64,000 nt of DNA from Methanotrichaceae archaeon (lineage in GTDB: Archaea; Halobacteriota; Methanosarcinia; Methanotrichales; Methanotrichaceae). Positions 30,602-40,988 of the stretch are shown here, one piece after another. Where the stretch lies: assembly GCA_963803145.1 (NCBI GenBank), contig CAWDLW010000025.1, forward strand, positions 1 through 64,000. The letters run 5' to 3'. Under the pieces are notes generated by a model. That model saw nothing but the letters and a program-made list of their open reading frames with translations, was not told where the DNA came from and did not search any database. Position 1 is the first letter of the stretch; each line of letters starts with the position of its first letter. The translations under genes were made by a program, and so were the position numbers.

Positions 30602-31999
30602 ATGTTACTGCAGCTATTATTGGCTTCTATGCTCATATCCAGCGCTTCAGCGACCGTTATCCAATCAGGTCCTGATATCCAGGCTGCAATAGCAAAGGCC
30701 TCACCCGGAGATACAATCATCGTCGGATCTGGTGAGCATAACATCTTTGAGGTTGATAAGCCGCTAAGGATTCTGGCATCGGGTGCAGAGATTCGAGCCG
30801 GAATACAGAGGCCTGCAATAACCATAAGCTCAGATGGCGTAAGCATCTCAGGCTTTAGGATCGAAGGGGTTGGCAAGGATACTACGTCAAAATTCGATTA
30901 TTATATGCAAAATCCAGAGGCAGCAGCAGGTCAGAGGCTCGATCTTCCAAATGCTGCCATACTTGTGAATGGCAATGACGCTGTTATCGGCAACACAACC
31001 ATCTTCGGGGCGGAGGCGGGTATATTCGACGATAGTACAATGAATATATCTCTACTGAATGATACCTTTGAGAGCTGCGATAGCGGTGCGACACTGAAGT
31101 CGTGCAGCCCTGGCAAGATCGTTGGGTGCGCATTCTCGAAGTGCAATAAGGCAGGGATGGATATAGAAGGATGCAGCGGATTTATGGTTCGTAATAACAA
31201 CGTAACAGACACCACTAATGTCGGCTTACTTCTGAAGGAATCCTCCGAGTGCAATGTGACTGATAACCTGTTCTCAGGAAACATCGAGGGCTTAGCCCTC
31301 TGGAACTCTACATTTATCGATGTTCTCAGAAACAGCGCAGATCATAACTATTACGGCATACTTCTGTCTGGGTCGAATAACAATACAGTCATGGATAATA
31401 ATGCCAATGATAACAGCAGAAGCGAAATCGTGAAAGGCTTTGGAGTCGGGATCAGTCTCCAGGAGAACTGCAGTTGGAACGTAATTGCGAAAAACACAGC
31501 CCGTAGGGATTTCAACGGCCTTGAGGCGATTAAAGACTGCACGCTCAATGTTATCTACGGCAATAACGCCACAGATAATACACATGGACTCAGGATGGAT
31601 AAAAACTACAACAACCTCATCTTTGGAAACAACTTCGCCAGAAACACGATCAACGCTTACGAGAATTCCAGCAGAAATACCTGGAACACCACGATTGGCA
31701 ACTATTATAGCGATTATAAAGGCAAGGATGAAAACGGTGATGGTATAGGAGATCAACCCTATACCTTGCCTGGAACGGATATAAGATCCGTTGATTTAAG
31801 GCCGCTAATTAGACCATTTGCCGCCGTTCTCAGAAGTGTGAATGAACTCAGGTCTGAGCCTATGACATATGCTCGCTATAGCAGCCTAGTGGGCGGAGAC
31901 TCAAAACCATTTAAGATTGTTGGCGGCGCGATAGTGATTCAGTCTAAGGCGCCGACAGGACCGCCAACATTTCCTGAATCAAGATCGATATTTGGTTGA
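30602..31999 (+). CDS. Secreted parallel beta-helix (NosD/CASH) protein
   Basis: IQAAIAKASPGDTI, Asn-rich repeats, GNYYSDY...DGIGDQPY. Confidence 0.85.
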   Translation: MLLQLLLASMLISSASATVIQSGPDIQAAIAKASPGDTIIVGSGEHNIFEVDKPLRILASGAEIRAGIQRPAITISSDGVSISGFRIEGVGKDTTSKFDYYMQNPEAAAGQRLDLPNAAILVNGNDAVIGNTTIFGAEAGIFDDSTMNISLLNDTFESCDSGATLKSCSPGKIVGCAFSKCNKAGMDIEGCSGFMVRNNNVTDTTNVGLLLKESSECNVTDNLFSGNIEGLALWNSTFIDVLRNSADHNYYGILLSGSNNNTVMDNNANDNSRSEIVKGFGVGISLQENCSWNVIAKNTARRDFNGLEAIKDCTLNVIYGNNATDNTHGLRMDKNYNNLIFGNNFARNTINAYENSSRNTWNTTIGNYYSDYKGKDENGDGIGDQPYTLPGTDIRSVDLRPLIRPFAAVLRSVNELRSEPMTYARYSSLVGGDSKPFKIVGGAIVIQSKAPTGPPTFPESRSIFG

Positions 32000-32004
32000 A
32001 ATGA

Positions 32005-32817
32005 TCAAGTTCCTATCTTTACAGGTTCGACGATTGAGCGCAGCGTAGCTATAGCAGATAGCGCCGCAAGATAGCTCGTTCTGGGATTCTTCGGTGAAGG
32101 CACGTTCTCTACACGTGTAGTTATTTGTCCGAAGTCGCCCTCAGCTACAATCTCATGTCTGTTGACATGGATGTTCGGATCCGCCACAATCCTCACGCGG
32201 ACATCTCCATCGCGCGTAGCCAGGCAGAGTGTCGCCGCGACATTCACGTTCGCTGGGAATGCCTTTACGGCTTCAGCCGCAGTCCCCTCGAAGATCAGCG
32301 TAGGTTCCTTCAATGCCTTGAGATTGATGTTCTTCTCGCGGATGTAAGGAGCGCCCTCAAGACCTGCGGGGTTCTTAGTAGTAGTAAGAGTAACCTTTCT
32401 AATATTGCCTAGGCTGGCTGATTTAAGTCCATCGAGCCCTGAGATGGCGCCTGACGGCAGGTAAATCCTGGAGCCGTGCTCTGCCGCAAGACTCTTCACC
32501 TCTCTGTAAAGGTTCAGATCCGTCAAGGCACCGACGCTCATGATCATAAGCTGCTTTCCCTTAACGAGTGTAGCCCTGGCAATAGCAGGAACTGTGCTCT
32601 GTGCCGCAGCCTCGACAACGATATCGGAGGCGTTCACAAGCTCCTCCAGGTTTGCTCTGACAGGCTTCTTCTTCAAGCGGCCGATAAGACCGTCGGCGCA
32701 CTTGATATTGCGATCGCAGACCGCCACAAGCTCTGCATTGATATCTCCGCTATCTATTGCCCTGGCGATTTCACTTCCTATGGCGCCGCACCCAACCAGC
32801 CCGATCTTCAAAGGCAT
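32005..32817 (-). CDS. nadX: L-aspartate dehydrogenase
   Basis: GCGAIG, SVGAL, PSGAISGLD, FPANVNVAATL, NRHEI, NPRTSYLA. Confidence 0.92.
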   Translation of the reverse strand: MPLKIGLVGCGAIGSEIARAIDSGDINAELVAVCDRNIKCADGLIGRLKKKPVRANLEELVNASDIVVEAAAQSTVPAIARATLVKGKQLMIMSVGALTDLNLYREVKSLAAEHGSRIYLPSGAISGLDGLKSASLGNIRKVTLTTTKNPAGLEGAPYIREKNINLKALKEPTLIFEGTAAEAVKAFPANVNVAATLCLATRDGDVRVRIVADPNIHVNRHEIVAEGDFGQITTRVENVPSPKNPRTSYLAALSAIATLRSIVEPVKIGT

Positions 32818-32858
32818 CGGAGCCTATAAATTCAATTGGACATCAAAATCCTTGCGGT

Positions 32859-33701
32859 ATGCTGAGGTCTGAGCTGGAGAGGTTTATATCCGAGGATCTG
32901 GGAGAATGGGATGTTTCAAGTGCAATAATCCCCGAGATCGACACTGGAGCAACGATTATCGCCAAAGAAGACTGTATCATATCCGGCTTAGTAGAAGCAT
33001 CTGAGATCTTTGAATATTTTGGCCTTATACCAATACCACTCTATGATGAGGGCGAATATGTAACGGCAGGATCTATTATCATGGAGGTTCGTGGGCGTGC
33101 CAGAAAGATATTGCAGGCTGAGAGGCTTGTGCTTAACTTTCTAACAAGGATGAGCGGTATATCGACACTAACTCGAGAATGTGTTGTTCGCGCCGAACGG
33201 TCATCGCGCAATGTGCGTGTGGCCTGTACGCGAAAGACTACGCCCGGCTTCAGGGTCCATGAAAAAAGGGCAGTCTTTCTAGGTGGGGGAGATGCCCATA
33301 GGTTCAACCTCTCGGATGCAGTTCTTATAAAGGATAACCACATTAAAATCCTCGGCTTAGAGAATTGCATAGCTAAAGCGAAGCGATTGGCCAGCTTTAC
33401 AAAGAAGATAGAGGTTGAGGTCGAAAGCCTCGAAGATATGCTGCGCGCTGCAGAGCTTGGCGTGGATATAATAATGTTCGATAACATGGAGCCGTCTGAG
33501 ATAAGGAGGGGTGTAGAGCTACTGCGGGCAAAGGGGCTTAAAGAGCATCTAATTCTCGAGGCCTCTGGAGGGATAACCCTTGAGACTATAGAGGATTACG
33601 CATCAACAGGAGTTGATGTGATCTCTATGGGTGCCCTGACAAGAGATGCAAAATGGATAGACATAAGCCTGGAGATGGAAACGGGCAAAAGCATCGAATA
33701 A
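32859..33701 (+). CDS. nadC: Quinolinate phosphoribosyltransferase
   Basis: ERLVLNFL, TRKTTPG, HRFNLSDAVLIKDNH, EASGGI; divergent from nadX across 41 bp. Confidence 0.95.
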   Translation: MLRSELERFISEDLGEWDVSSAIIPEIDTGATIIAKEDCIISGLVEASEIFEYFGLIPIPLYDEGEYVTAGSIIMEVRGRARKILQAERLVLNFLTRMSGISTLTRECVVRAERSSRNVRVACTRKTTPGFRVHEKRAVFLGGGDAHRFNLSDAVLIKDNHIKILGLENCIAKAKRLASFTKKIEVEVESLEDMLRAAELGVDIIMFDNMEPSEIRRGVELLRAKGLKEHLILEASGGITLETIEDYASTGVDVISMGALTRDAKWIDISLEMETGKSIE

Positions 33702-33704
33702 CTA

Positions 33705-34892
33705 ATGGAATGGTGGACCCGTATGCGTCTGATTTATCTGGCGGTCCTTGTTTTGCTGACCTTATCGATGGCTAGCATTCATGGCAAGGCATCGAATGAT
33801 GATGTTACTTTTAGTGATTTCACACTCAATATCGGCGATAGCATAGATATAGGTGATTACACTGCCCAGCTGATTGAAATCCAGTCTGTCCGCGACGGCC
33901 TTGCGCTTATGAAGGTATCAAGCCCAGGAGGTCATTTGGACGAACAGAGGGTCCTCCTAGTCAATAGTGCCAATAGCTTCGATGGTGGAGCTGATGACAG
34001 CGGTATAACAATTACACTGATAGACATCTTCGATGAGCAATCCGCGAAAGTAAGGATTGAGTACCCCAAGAGCCTCGGCAATCCAAGAAGAGACTCCGCG
34101 GAGCCCAATCAGATAACAGTGGTCAGCAAACAGCCGAATCTGATAGTGCAGAAAAGCTTCGATAAAATGAACCTGAGCGTTGGAGATGAGGTTAAGGTCA
34201 CAGTCACAGTTAAAAATATCGGAACAGATACTGCATCGGGTGTAGAGGTCGATGATCTTCCACCAATCCCTGAGTTCTCCTACATTGCAGGCTATCCTCC
34301 GAAGATCAAAGATACTCTAGATTCCGGTGAATCGGATTTAGCAGTATACGTTATAGATGCTGTGAAGGATGGATCGATAACAGTTCCTGCGATAGAAGTC
34401 AGATACTCGGATTCAAAGAAGAACATCAAATCAAACACATCACAGCCATTTGATGTAGTGATTAATCCAAAAAGCAAGCCGGACATCAGAATTAAGCTTA
34501 GCGCTCCAGGCTCGATGGCGAGTGGAGAGAAAGGTATATTGAACGTCAACATAATCAACGCGGGAAAGGCGTCTGCTTCAAATATCCGGATCCAATCGAT
34601 GATAGATCCCTCGGATGGCCTATCCTCGACCGGCCTTGATAAAACACTCCCTAATATTGATCCTGGCAAGATGGAGAACTACTCTGCCGAGCTCGTTGGT
34701 GAGCGTAGCGGGAACTATACAATCGACCTGAAGGCCAGCTACCAGGGAGGAGACGAGACGATGCTTGCCGAGGGCATGACAGATGTGAACATTCGAGAAC
34801 AAGAGTATAAATATCTATATTACTTAGTAATCATCCCAATCATCGCAATAGCTGCGTGGATATTTAAGCGATACAGAGAGTATAAATATTGA
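33705..34892 (+). CDS. Cell-surface Ig-like (DUF11/CARDB/BatD-like) protein with C-terminal TM anchor
   Basis: Signal peptide, VGDEVKVTVTVKNIGTDTA, C-terminal TM helix. Confidence 0.75.
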   Translation: MEWWTRMRLIYLAVLVLLTLSMASIHGKASNDDVTFSDFTLNIGDSIDIGDYTAQLIEIQSVRDGLALMKVSSPGGHLDEQRVLLVNSANSFDGGADDSGITITLIDIFDEQSAKVRIEYPKSLGNPRRDSAEPNQITVVSKQPNLIVQKSFDKMNLSVGDEVKVTVTVKNIGTDTASGVEVDDLPPIPEFSYIAGYPPKIKDTLDSGESDLAVYVIDAVKDGSITVPAIEVRYSDSKKNIKSNTSQPFDVVINPKSKPDIRIKLSAPGSMASGEKGILNVNIINAGKASASNIRIQSMIDPSDGLSSTGLDKTLPNIDPGKMENYSAELVGERSGNYTIDLKASYQGGDETMLAEGMTDVNIREQEYKYLYYLVIIPIIAIAAWIFKRYREYKY

Positions 34893-34970
34893 AGGAGTTG
34901 TGTATCTCCGGAAGAATACCATGTGGGCAATAATAAGAATTCAAGTCATAGCTCAAACAGGTTTGAGATC

Positions 34971-36071
34971 ATGCTTAACGTACTCATACTTGGCGTAGGC
35001 CAATGCGGAAACAGGATCCTTGATGCCATAAACAAGGAGGCTTTCGGGGGGTCCACCATCTCAAAGTACTGCTTGCGCCCGAAGTTTCCCAGCCGAGTGG
35101 AAACAATCGCCATTAATACCGCTGTTAACGACCTCAAAGAGCTGAGGTTCACGACTGCCAAGGATAGACTCCATGTCCCAAATCTGCATGGAGTAGGGGC
35201 GAACAGGAATGTAGGCAAACAGGGATTCTGGGAGAACCGCGACCTGTTAATGGAGGAGATCGAGAAGAGAGGAGACTTCGATCTGGCCTTCGTGATCACA
35301 TCAACATCAGGCGGCACAGGTTCGTCTTTTTCGCCGCTGCTTATTCAGGAGCTGAAGAGGAGATACAGGAATATAACGGTGGTGACGGTGGCTATTCTTC
35401 CCTTCAGAGAGGAGGGCTCAATCTATCTTCAAAATGCTGCCTTCTGCATGAGGGAGCTGATGGAGGTTGATTCGGAAGGTCTCATTCTCGTTGATAATCA
35501 ATATCTGAAGAGATGCAGCGGAGATATAGCCACTGCATATAATAAGATAAATAGCATGGTTGCACAGCGACTGCTCTTTCTCATAGAATCGTTGGACAGC
35601 GAGATGTTATCCGTAACTGATTTGGGCGATTTCAAAACCGTTATGAGTGGTGGCTTAAGAATATGCACAATGGGCTTCTTCCAGGCCGACAGGAAAACGC
35701 CTTCAGTAAAAACTGCAATAGAGAATAGCGTCAAACCGGGCAACCTGCTTTATCCTGCAAACATCTACGAGGATGCTGCAAGGGCCATGGTTATCATACA
35801 GGGATCTAAAGAGCATCTCGATGTTGACGAAATAACTAAAGAGATCGAGAGGCTCTCCGCAAGTGCAGGACACGTCTTCAAGGGACTTGTGGTGAAGAAA
35901 GGATATCCTAGGGTTCTATCAATATTTACGCTTGCAAGTGTGCCGGAACTAGAGGCACTATACGCTCAGGCTGCTCGTGCAATCCAAGAGGAGAAGGATC
36001 GAAAACAGAGGGCGAGAAAGAATCTGAGCGACGCATTTGCGCATATTGAAGATCTGGAGGAGATTTATTAA
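34971..36071 (+). CDS. Tubulin/FtsZ-superfamily GTPase (CetZ-like)
   Basis: GVGQCGNRI, AINTAVNDL, HGVGAN, SGGTGSS, LPFREEG. Confidence 0.85.
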   Translation: MLNVLILGVGQCGNRILDAINKEAFGGSTISKYCLRPKFPSRVETIAINTAVNDLKELRFTTAKDRLHVPNLHGVGANRNVGKQGFWENRDLLMEEIEKRGDFDLAFVITSTSGGTGSSFSPLLIQELKRRYRNITVVTVAILPFREEGSIYLQNAAFCMRELMEVDSEGLILVDNQYLKRCSGDIATAYNKINSMVAQRLLFLIESLDSEMLSVTDLGDFKTVMSGGLRICTMGFFQADRKTPSVKTAIENSVKPGNLLYPANIYEDAARAMVIIQGSKEHLDVDEITKEIERLSASAGHVFKGLVVKKGYPRVLSIFTLASVPELEALYAQAARAIQEEKDRKQRARKNLSDAFAHIEDLEEIY

Positions 36072-36126
36072 TATTATTTATAATACCGCTAGTAACTATT
36101 TAGCGCATGTTCTATAATTTTATACT

Positions 36127-37014
36127 TTAAAGGCTAAATCGCTTATACATCATAGCATACATTTGGTTCAATCCCAGGACTTTTGCCACGTCTGTCATCT
36201 CAGCAGCTTTCAGAATTTGCGCCTTCACAGGAGGCACAGGCTTACCATCTTTTGCATACACAGCACCGCCTTTCATCTTTGAGCATATGTAGCTGCCAGC
36301 GCTCCCTTCGATGAACACCTCTCCGCCATGCATCTCGGCACCTGTGAAATCGCTCGCATTGCCACGAACAACAATTCTCCCGCCCTTCATCAAAACGCCT
36401 GTGTTGCGGTCTGCGTTTCCATAGATATCTATCAAGCCAGAGCGCATGAGTATTCCTGTGCTCATGCCGGCATTGCCTCTAAGTGATATAGTTCTCGTGG
36501 CAGTCATCCTTGCCCCGACAGTATCTCTTAAGATGCCATCGCGAATCAATAGTCCATTTGTATCAAGGGTATTGGGCTCCAAGATAGTAGTGCCGTGCTC
36601 AAGAGCATCGGTGATGGATATATATTTCCTGTATCCGCTGAGATCTGTCTCGACTTCTATAATATTTCCGATAGGCTGCCCAATCTTGCCGCTCACATAA
36701 ACAGTCCCACGAAGCATGCTTATGCCCATTCTGCTGCCTACGTCGCCATCCACTACTATTTTGCCTGTTCCCTCTATTGGCCCGCCCTTGCCTCCGAATC
36801 TGACTAAATCGACTCCAAGGCTCGACCCAAGCCTGCTTCTTACAGAGCCTCTTATGCGCACTGTCTCTCCTCTTTTCAGTGCATCTACGATCCTGCGGAA
36901 GCTAATGCCGCTTATGGTCTTTTCAGGATCCAAGCGAGAGCCTTTATGCTGCCAATAAAAGTCAAATGTAAAATCGCATAGACACTCTTCTCCCGAGGCC
37001 TCAATCTCTATCAA
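36127..37014 (-). CDS. FmdC/FwdC-like GXGXG beta-helix protein
   Basis: Repeated G..M.GG.I.V.G units. Confidence 0.8.
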   Translation of the reverse strand: MIEIEASGEECLCDFTFDFYWQHKGSRLDPEKTISGISFRRIVDALKRGETVRIRGSVRSRLGSSLGVDLVRFGGKGGPIEGTGKIVVDGDVGSRMGISMLRGTVYVSGKIGQPIGNIIEVETDLSGYRKYISITDALEHGTTILEPNTLDTNGLLIRDGILRDTVGARMTATRTISLRGNAGMSTGILMRSGLIDIYGNADRNTGVLMKGGRIVVRGNASDFTGAEMHGGEVFIEGSAGSYICSKMKGGAVYAKDGKPVPPVKAQILKAAEMTDVAKVLGLNQMYAMMYKRFSL

Positions 37015-38114
37015 TTGGACTCCTTAGAAGGATGCTCTCCAGCTATGCGTTTGGAGATATTGATGCCCACAATAGTGACGAGTATGGCAGCGACAGCAGA
37101 TACAGCCAGATATTGAAGAGATTGTACCATGCCGAGGCTGAAATGGAGGTCCGCGTTGCTTGCAAGTATGAAGCCGCTTGCAGACCAGAGCACAAGGCCT
37201 GTAGCGAAGAAAAAGAATGGATATGAATAGGTGCGTTCATCTCTTATTCCCTCCAAATACATATCCATGATCTTCCCGAGGTTGGCGCAGATGGCCGCAG
37301 CCATGTACCACCATATGCTGTCATGAAGATAGACCATCACCAGCGTGAGATAGCCATACCATATAGGCTCATGCCAGTACTGCAGGAAGCTTGCTGCACC
37401 TTGAATCGTTGCAATGATCACTAACATGGCAGCCAGAATATAGGTGACGAATGCAATCTTCCCGGCGTAAAGTGAAGTCCGCAATGTCTGCTTTGCGTCC
37501 TCCATAGAATCATCCAGGCCGAGACCCCTGAAGAGAAGATAGAGCCCGATTGCGCCCGTAATAGCGATCACAGCGCCCTCTGGATAACGCAAGAAGCTGA
37601 ATAGTGCGTACATCAGCAGTGCGAGGCCAGGCGGAATGAATACTGTATGACTTATCTTTGGATCAGTGAAGATCTGCTTCAGAAGGTAATAGGTACTCTC
37701 CAGGTTAGGACTCTGCTTTACAACAACTCGCTTTACGCCATTTACTTTTACACGAGATTGAATTATAGGAAGTATGGCCTCGTCCTCTGCACCATCAGAA
37801 ACGACAATAACGCCGTCGGGATTGAACTGGCGCATAAGCTCTTCAAGCTGGCATGCAAGCTTCTCATCAGAAATCAGACCGACCTTGATGTCGCCTGCAA
37901 GAGAGGCTATCTCTGCCTGCTTTCCTGAGGCAACAAGTTCATCGAGCACCTTGATGCCCCCGAAGATGGTATTGCTGTCGGAGTCCTCAGGATCGGCTAT
38001 CGCCAGCTTCAAAGCAGCATCGATATTGGCTCCTCGACCGATAACAGGACAAGCTACCCCCGCTTTCCGTCCCAGATCGTTGTCTCTGTCGATACATAGG
38101 ACGAGGATGCTCAT
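37011..38114 (-). CDS. DUF373 family membrane protein
   Basis: VLCIDRDNDLG, DPEDSDSN, SDGAEDE, VVKQSPNLESTYY. Confidence 0.88.
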   Translation of the reverse strand: MSILVLCIDRDNDLGRKAGVACPVIGRGANIDAALKLAIADPEDSDSNTIFGGIKVLDELVASGKQAEIASLAGDIKVGLISDEKLACQLEELMRQFNPDGVIVVSDGAEDEAILPIIQSRVKVNGVKRVVVKQSPNLESTYYLLKQIFTDPKISHTVFIPPGLALLMYALFSFLRYPEGAVIAITGAIGLYLLFRGLGLDDSMEDAKQTLRTSLYAGKIAFVTYILAAMLVIIATIQGAASFLQYWHEPIWYGYLTLVMVYLHDSIWWYMAAAICANLGKIMDMYLEGIRDERTYSYPFFFFATGLVLWSASGFILASNADLHFSLGMVQSLQYLAVSAVAAILVTIVGINISKRIAGEHPSKESN

Positions 38115-38289
38115 ATCCCCAATATCGGTGAAGTATTGTACTTAAAGGATTCCATGGACTGGTGCGATGACCTCATTGTAGAATCACAAGATCGTAGAGG
38201 TTTCCAATGGTTATCGTTTATTGAAGTGCCAACATTTTGCGGAGGATCTGCCATAAGATATTTATTCATTCGGAACTAATAACTTAATT

Positions 38290-38760
38290 ATGAGATATTT
38301 GATATTAATATTTATGATACTCCTAATGGTATCTCTCTGTCCTCATGCATCAGCTGCCACTATAGATAATTCAACAGTGCAGTATTATGTAAACATTTAT
38401 AACAGTAGGATAGATAATGCCCCTGATATCCTCAAAGCTCTTGTTGGAAATCAGAGGATCGATTTAGACGTCATTAGAAATGATGGAAGCATATACAAGA
38501 CAGGATTCGAGATGCAAAACGCTCGCATCAGCAGTACGGTAGAGGGTGGTATAAGTGATCCCACCATCTCGATTAACGCCACAGAGGATTCAATAAACAG
38601 GATCAGAAGCTCAAGCGATCCTATATCTACGTTCCAGCAGGAAAGAAGCTATGGCGGAATAAATATTCAAGGCAATACATTTACTACAAGGGCAGAACTG
38701 GGCATCGTGTTATCGAATACAGATGTTCTGAAATTCTTCTATAATATCTTCTTTGGCTAG
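38290..38760 (+). CDS. Secreted hypothetical protein
   Basis: Signal peptide; 156-aa ORF. Confidence 0.7.
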   Translation: MRYLILIFMILLMVSLCPHASAATIDNSTVQYYVNIYNSRIDNAPDILKALVGNQRIDLDVIRNDGSIYKTGFEMQNARISSTVEGGISDPTISINATEDSINRIRSSSDPISTFQQERSYGGINIQGNTFTTRAELGIVLSNTDVLKFFYNIFFG

Positions 38761-38842
38761 CTGGAGTTATTCCAGCTAGAACAACGCTTTTTTATTAAGG
38801 ACTCGATAATAAGAGGCAACGTGTAGATAATTAGAGGCAGTT

Positions 38843-39970
38843 GTGTACGATGTGATAATAGCGGGCGCTGGTCCTGCGGGATCTTCCGCCGCCAGGAATG
38901 CAGCTAAGCTTGGCTTGGATGCGCTTGTTATTGAGAAGGAAAGTTTTCCCAGGTATAAACCCTGCGGAGGAGCCATCTCAGAGCGGACGATATCATATCT
39001 GGACTTCTCCCTCCCGAGCTATATCTGCGAGAGGAACATTACAGGCGCCAGAATGCATTACCGCGACAATGTAGTCGATGTACAGAAGGGCTATCGAATC
39101 ATCACTCTTGTCACGAGAAGCGCATTTGATCATTTTATGCTCCAGAAGGCGCTTGATGCCGGAGCTCAAGCGATCATGGGTAGCAAGGTCAAAGGGTACA
39201 AGGAGAAGAACGATAGCGTCGAGGTTTATACAAATGAGGGAGTATATAGCTCTAGGTATTTGATTATAGCATCAGGCTGCCAGAATTTGCTTAAGGAAAC
39301 GATCCGGGGCCATGATAGAAATGATCAGTACGGCGCCTGCTTGGTGGCAGAGATACCGGAAGATGATAATAAGATAGAAGAGCGCATGCGCAGTATCGTA
39401 GATGTCCATTTCGGAGTGGTACCGACGGGATATGGCTGGGTTTTTCCGCATAAGGGTTACTATTCTGTTGGCATAGGCGGCATTGCATCGCGCCTAATGC
39501 ATCCCAAGGAGATTATGATAAATTTCCTTCGAAAAAATGGGTTTTTGGGAGATTACAAGCTTCATGGACATCTGATCCCCTTTGAGGGAATAGAGAGGAG
39601 TCTGGCAAGCCAAAGGGTTCTTCTGGCAGGAGATTCAGCTGGTTTCGTAGATGCATTCACTGGAGAGGGAATAGCCTATGCAGTGCGATCCGGGCAAATA
39701 GCATCAGAGGTCATAGCGGACGGGCTTCCGCAGGAAAGCATACCCAACGAATATAAAGCAAGATGCGATGCGGACTTTGGAGCGGAGTTGAGATATGCTC
39801 TTCTATTCTCGAAGACAGTCCATTCCCGGCCAGAGCTGTTCCTGAAATTGCTGATGAGCCAGGAAAAGTTCATAGACAAATATGTGGAGATCATAGCCTC
39901 AAGAGGAACATACAAAAGCTACATCAAATGGCTCCTGCCAAGGATTCCCATGTCTTTTCTTTCCCTATGA
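38843..39970 (+). CDS. Geranylgeranyl reductase family flavoprotein
   Basis: GAGPAG, PRYKPCGG, GYGWVFP, LAGDSAG...GEGI. Confidence 0.9.
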   Translation: MYDVIIAGAGPAGSSAARNAAKLGLDALVIEKESFPRYKPCGGAISERTISYLDFSLPSYICERNITGARMHYRDNVVDVQKGYRIITLVTRSAFDHFMLQKALDAGAQAIMGSKVKGYKEKNDSVEVYTNEGVYSSRYLIIASGCQNLLKETIRGHDRNDQYGACLVAEIPEDDNKIEERMRSIVDVHFGVVPTGYGWVFPHKGYYSVGIGGIASRLMHPKEIMINFLRKNGFLGDYKLHGHLIPFEGIERSLASQRVLLAGDSAGFVDAFTGEGIAYAVRSGQIASEVIADGLPQESIPNEYKARCDADFGAELRYALLFSKTVHSRPELFLKLLMSQEKFIDKYVEIIASRGTYKSYIKWLLPRIPMSFLSL

Positions 39971-40105
39971 TAATCATCCCAAGCAATTTTTCGCATCTAT
40001 CTTTTGACTGCCAGTCCCGATCCGAGGATAATTATATCTAAATATATTATATAGAGGAATGCCCTAATATCTAAGTTAAGTGTAATAAGATATTGAGGCG
40101 GTAAC

Positions 40106-40972
40106 ATGGCCAGGACAGGGGCTGCACTGGTATTCATGATGCTACTGGCAGTTTCTCTATCGTACTATCTCGATTATGACCTGAAGCATCTCGGTGGTGG
40201 CAGCGTAGTAGGTGATCTTCTAGAAAAGACAGCATATGCCATCTTGGGAAATGGGGATGTCCAAGCAGTATACCGCCAGATGCAAGCTGCTGTAACTGCT
40301 GTAGATGCGGATACTATAAAGAAAGCAAGTCAAGACCTCAAAAGTCTACTCACAATAGCTATCGCTACTGCTATCAATAAAACGAAGATTATCGTTGCAA
40401 TACTGGCATCCTACGTGCCGTTTGCAGAGAAATATTGGCAAATGCAAAACTTACAAACGCAAGCAGTATTGGCTTTCATAATAGCATCAATAGTAATTTT
40501 AACTTTATTCAAAGCTAGATTGCCGTCCATATTCCTAGGAGAAAACTGGAGTAGATATTCTTCCGAGTTAGATATCAAGATAAAATGTATAGAGCCGTTA
40601 TTGAAGAATTTGAAGATCAATTATGTTATCGAGAGGCCATGCAAATTTAGGGAAGGACATGTTACGCATGAGGGCAAGATCGATTTCTATCTGTATGATG
40701 ATATGGGGCCTGTTACCATAATCGAAGATAAAGCAACAATAAAAAACGATGAAGATCTTAGAGATGCACGAGCACAGGCAAGATCTTATTGCCTCGGATT
40801 GTATATCTTCGAAAATTTAGTGGTAAATAGCTTTGTGATTGCTTCGAAAGAGGGCTTAAGGATATACCAAATCAGACACAAAGAGGATCATCTCGTTGGA
40901 GAGGTGAGCCCCGATAGACTAAACCGGTCTAGAAAAAGATGGATAAAGGAGAAGCTACTGGAGATAAGATAG
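40106..40972 (+). CDS. Membrane-anchored PD-(D/E)XK protein (HsdR N-terminal-like)
   Basis: N-terminal hydrophobic segments, then SELDIKIKCIEPLL..L, GKIDFYL, IIEDK, QARSY. Confidence 0.65.
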   Translation: MARTGAALVFMMLLAVSLSYYLDYDLKHLGGGSVVGDLLEKTAYAILGNGDVQAVYRQMQAAVTAVDADTIKKASQDLKSLLTIAIATAINKTKIIVAILASYVPFAEKYWQMQNLQTQAVLAFIIASIVILTLFKARLPSIFLGENWSRYSSELDIKIKCIEPLLKNLKINYVIERPCKFREGHVTHEGKIDFYLYDDMGPVTIIEDKATIKNDEDLRDARAQARSYCLGLYIFENLVVNSFVIASKEGLRIYQIRHKEDHLVGEVSPDRLNRSRKRWIKEKLLEIR

Positions 40973-40988
40973 CATAAATGGATTAGGT

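Noticed and set aside
34971-36071. Eukaryotic-like tubulin
   Set aside because: Motifs and length fit the ordinary euryarchaeal FtsZ/CetZ-like family
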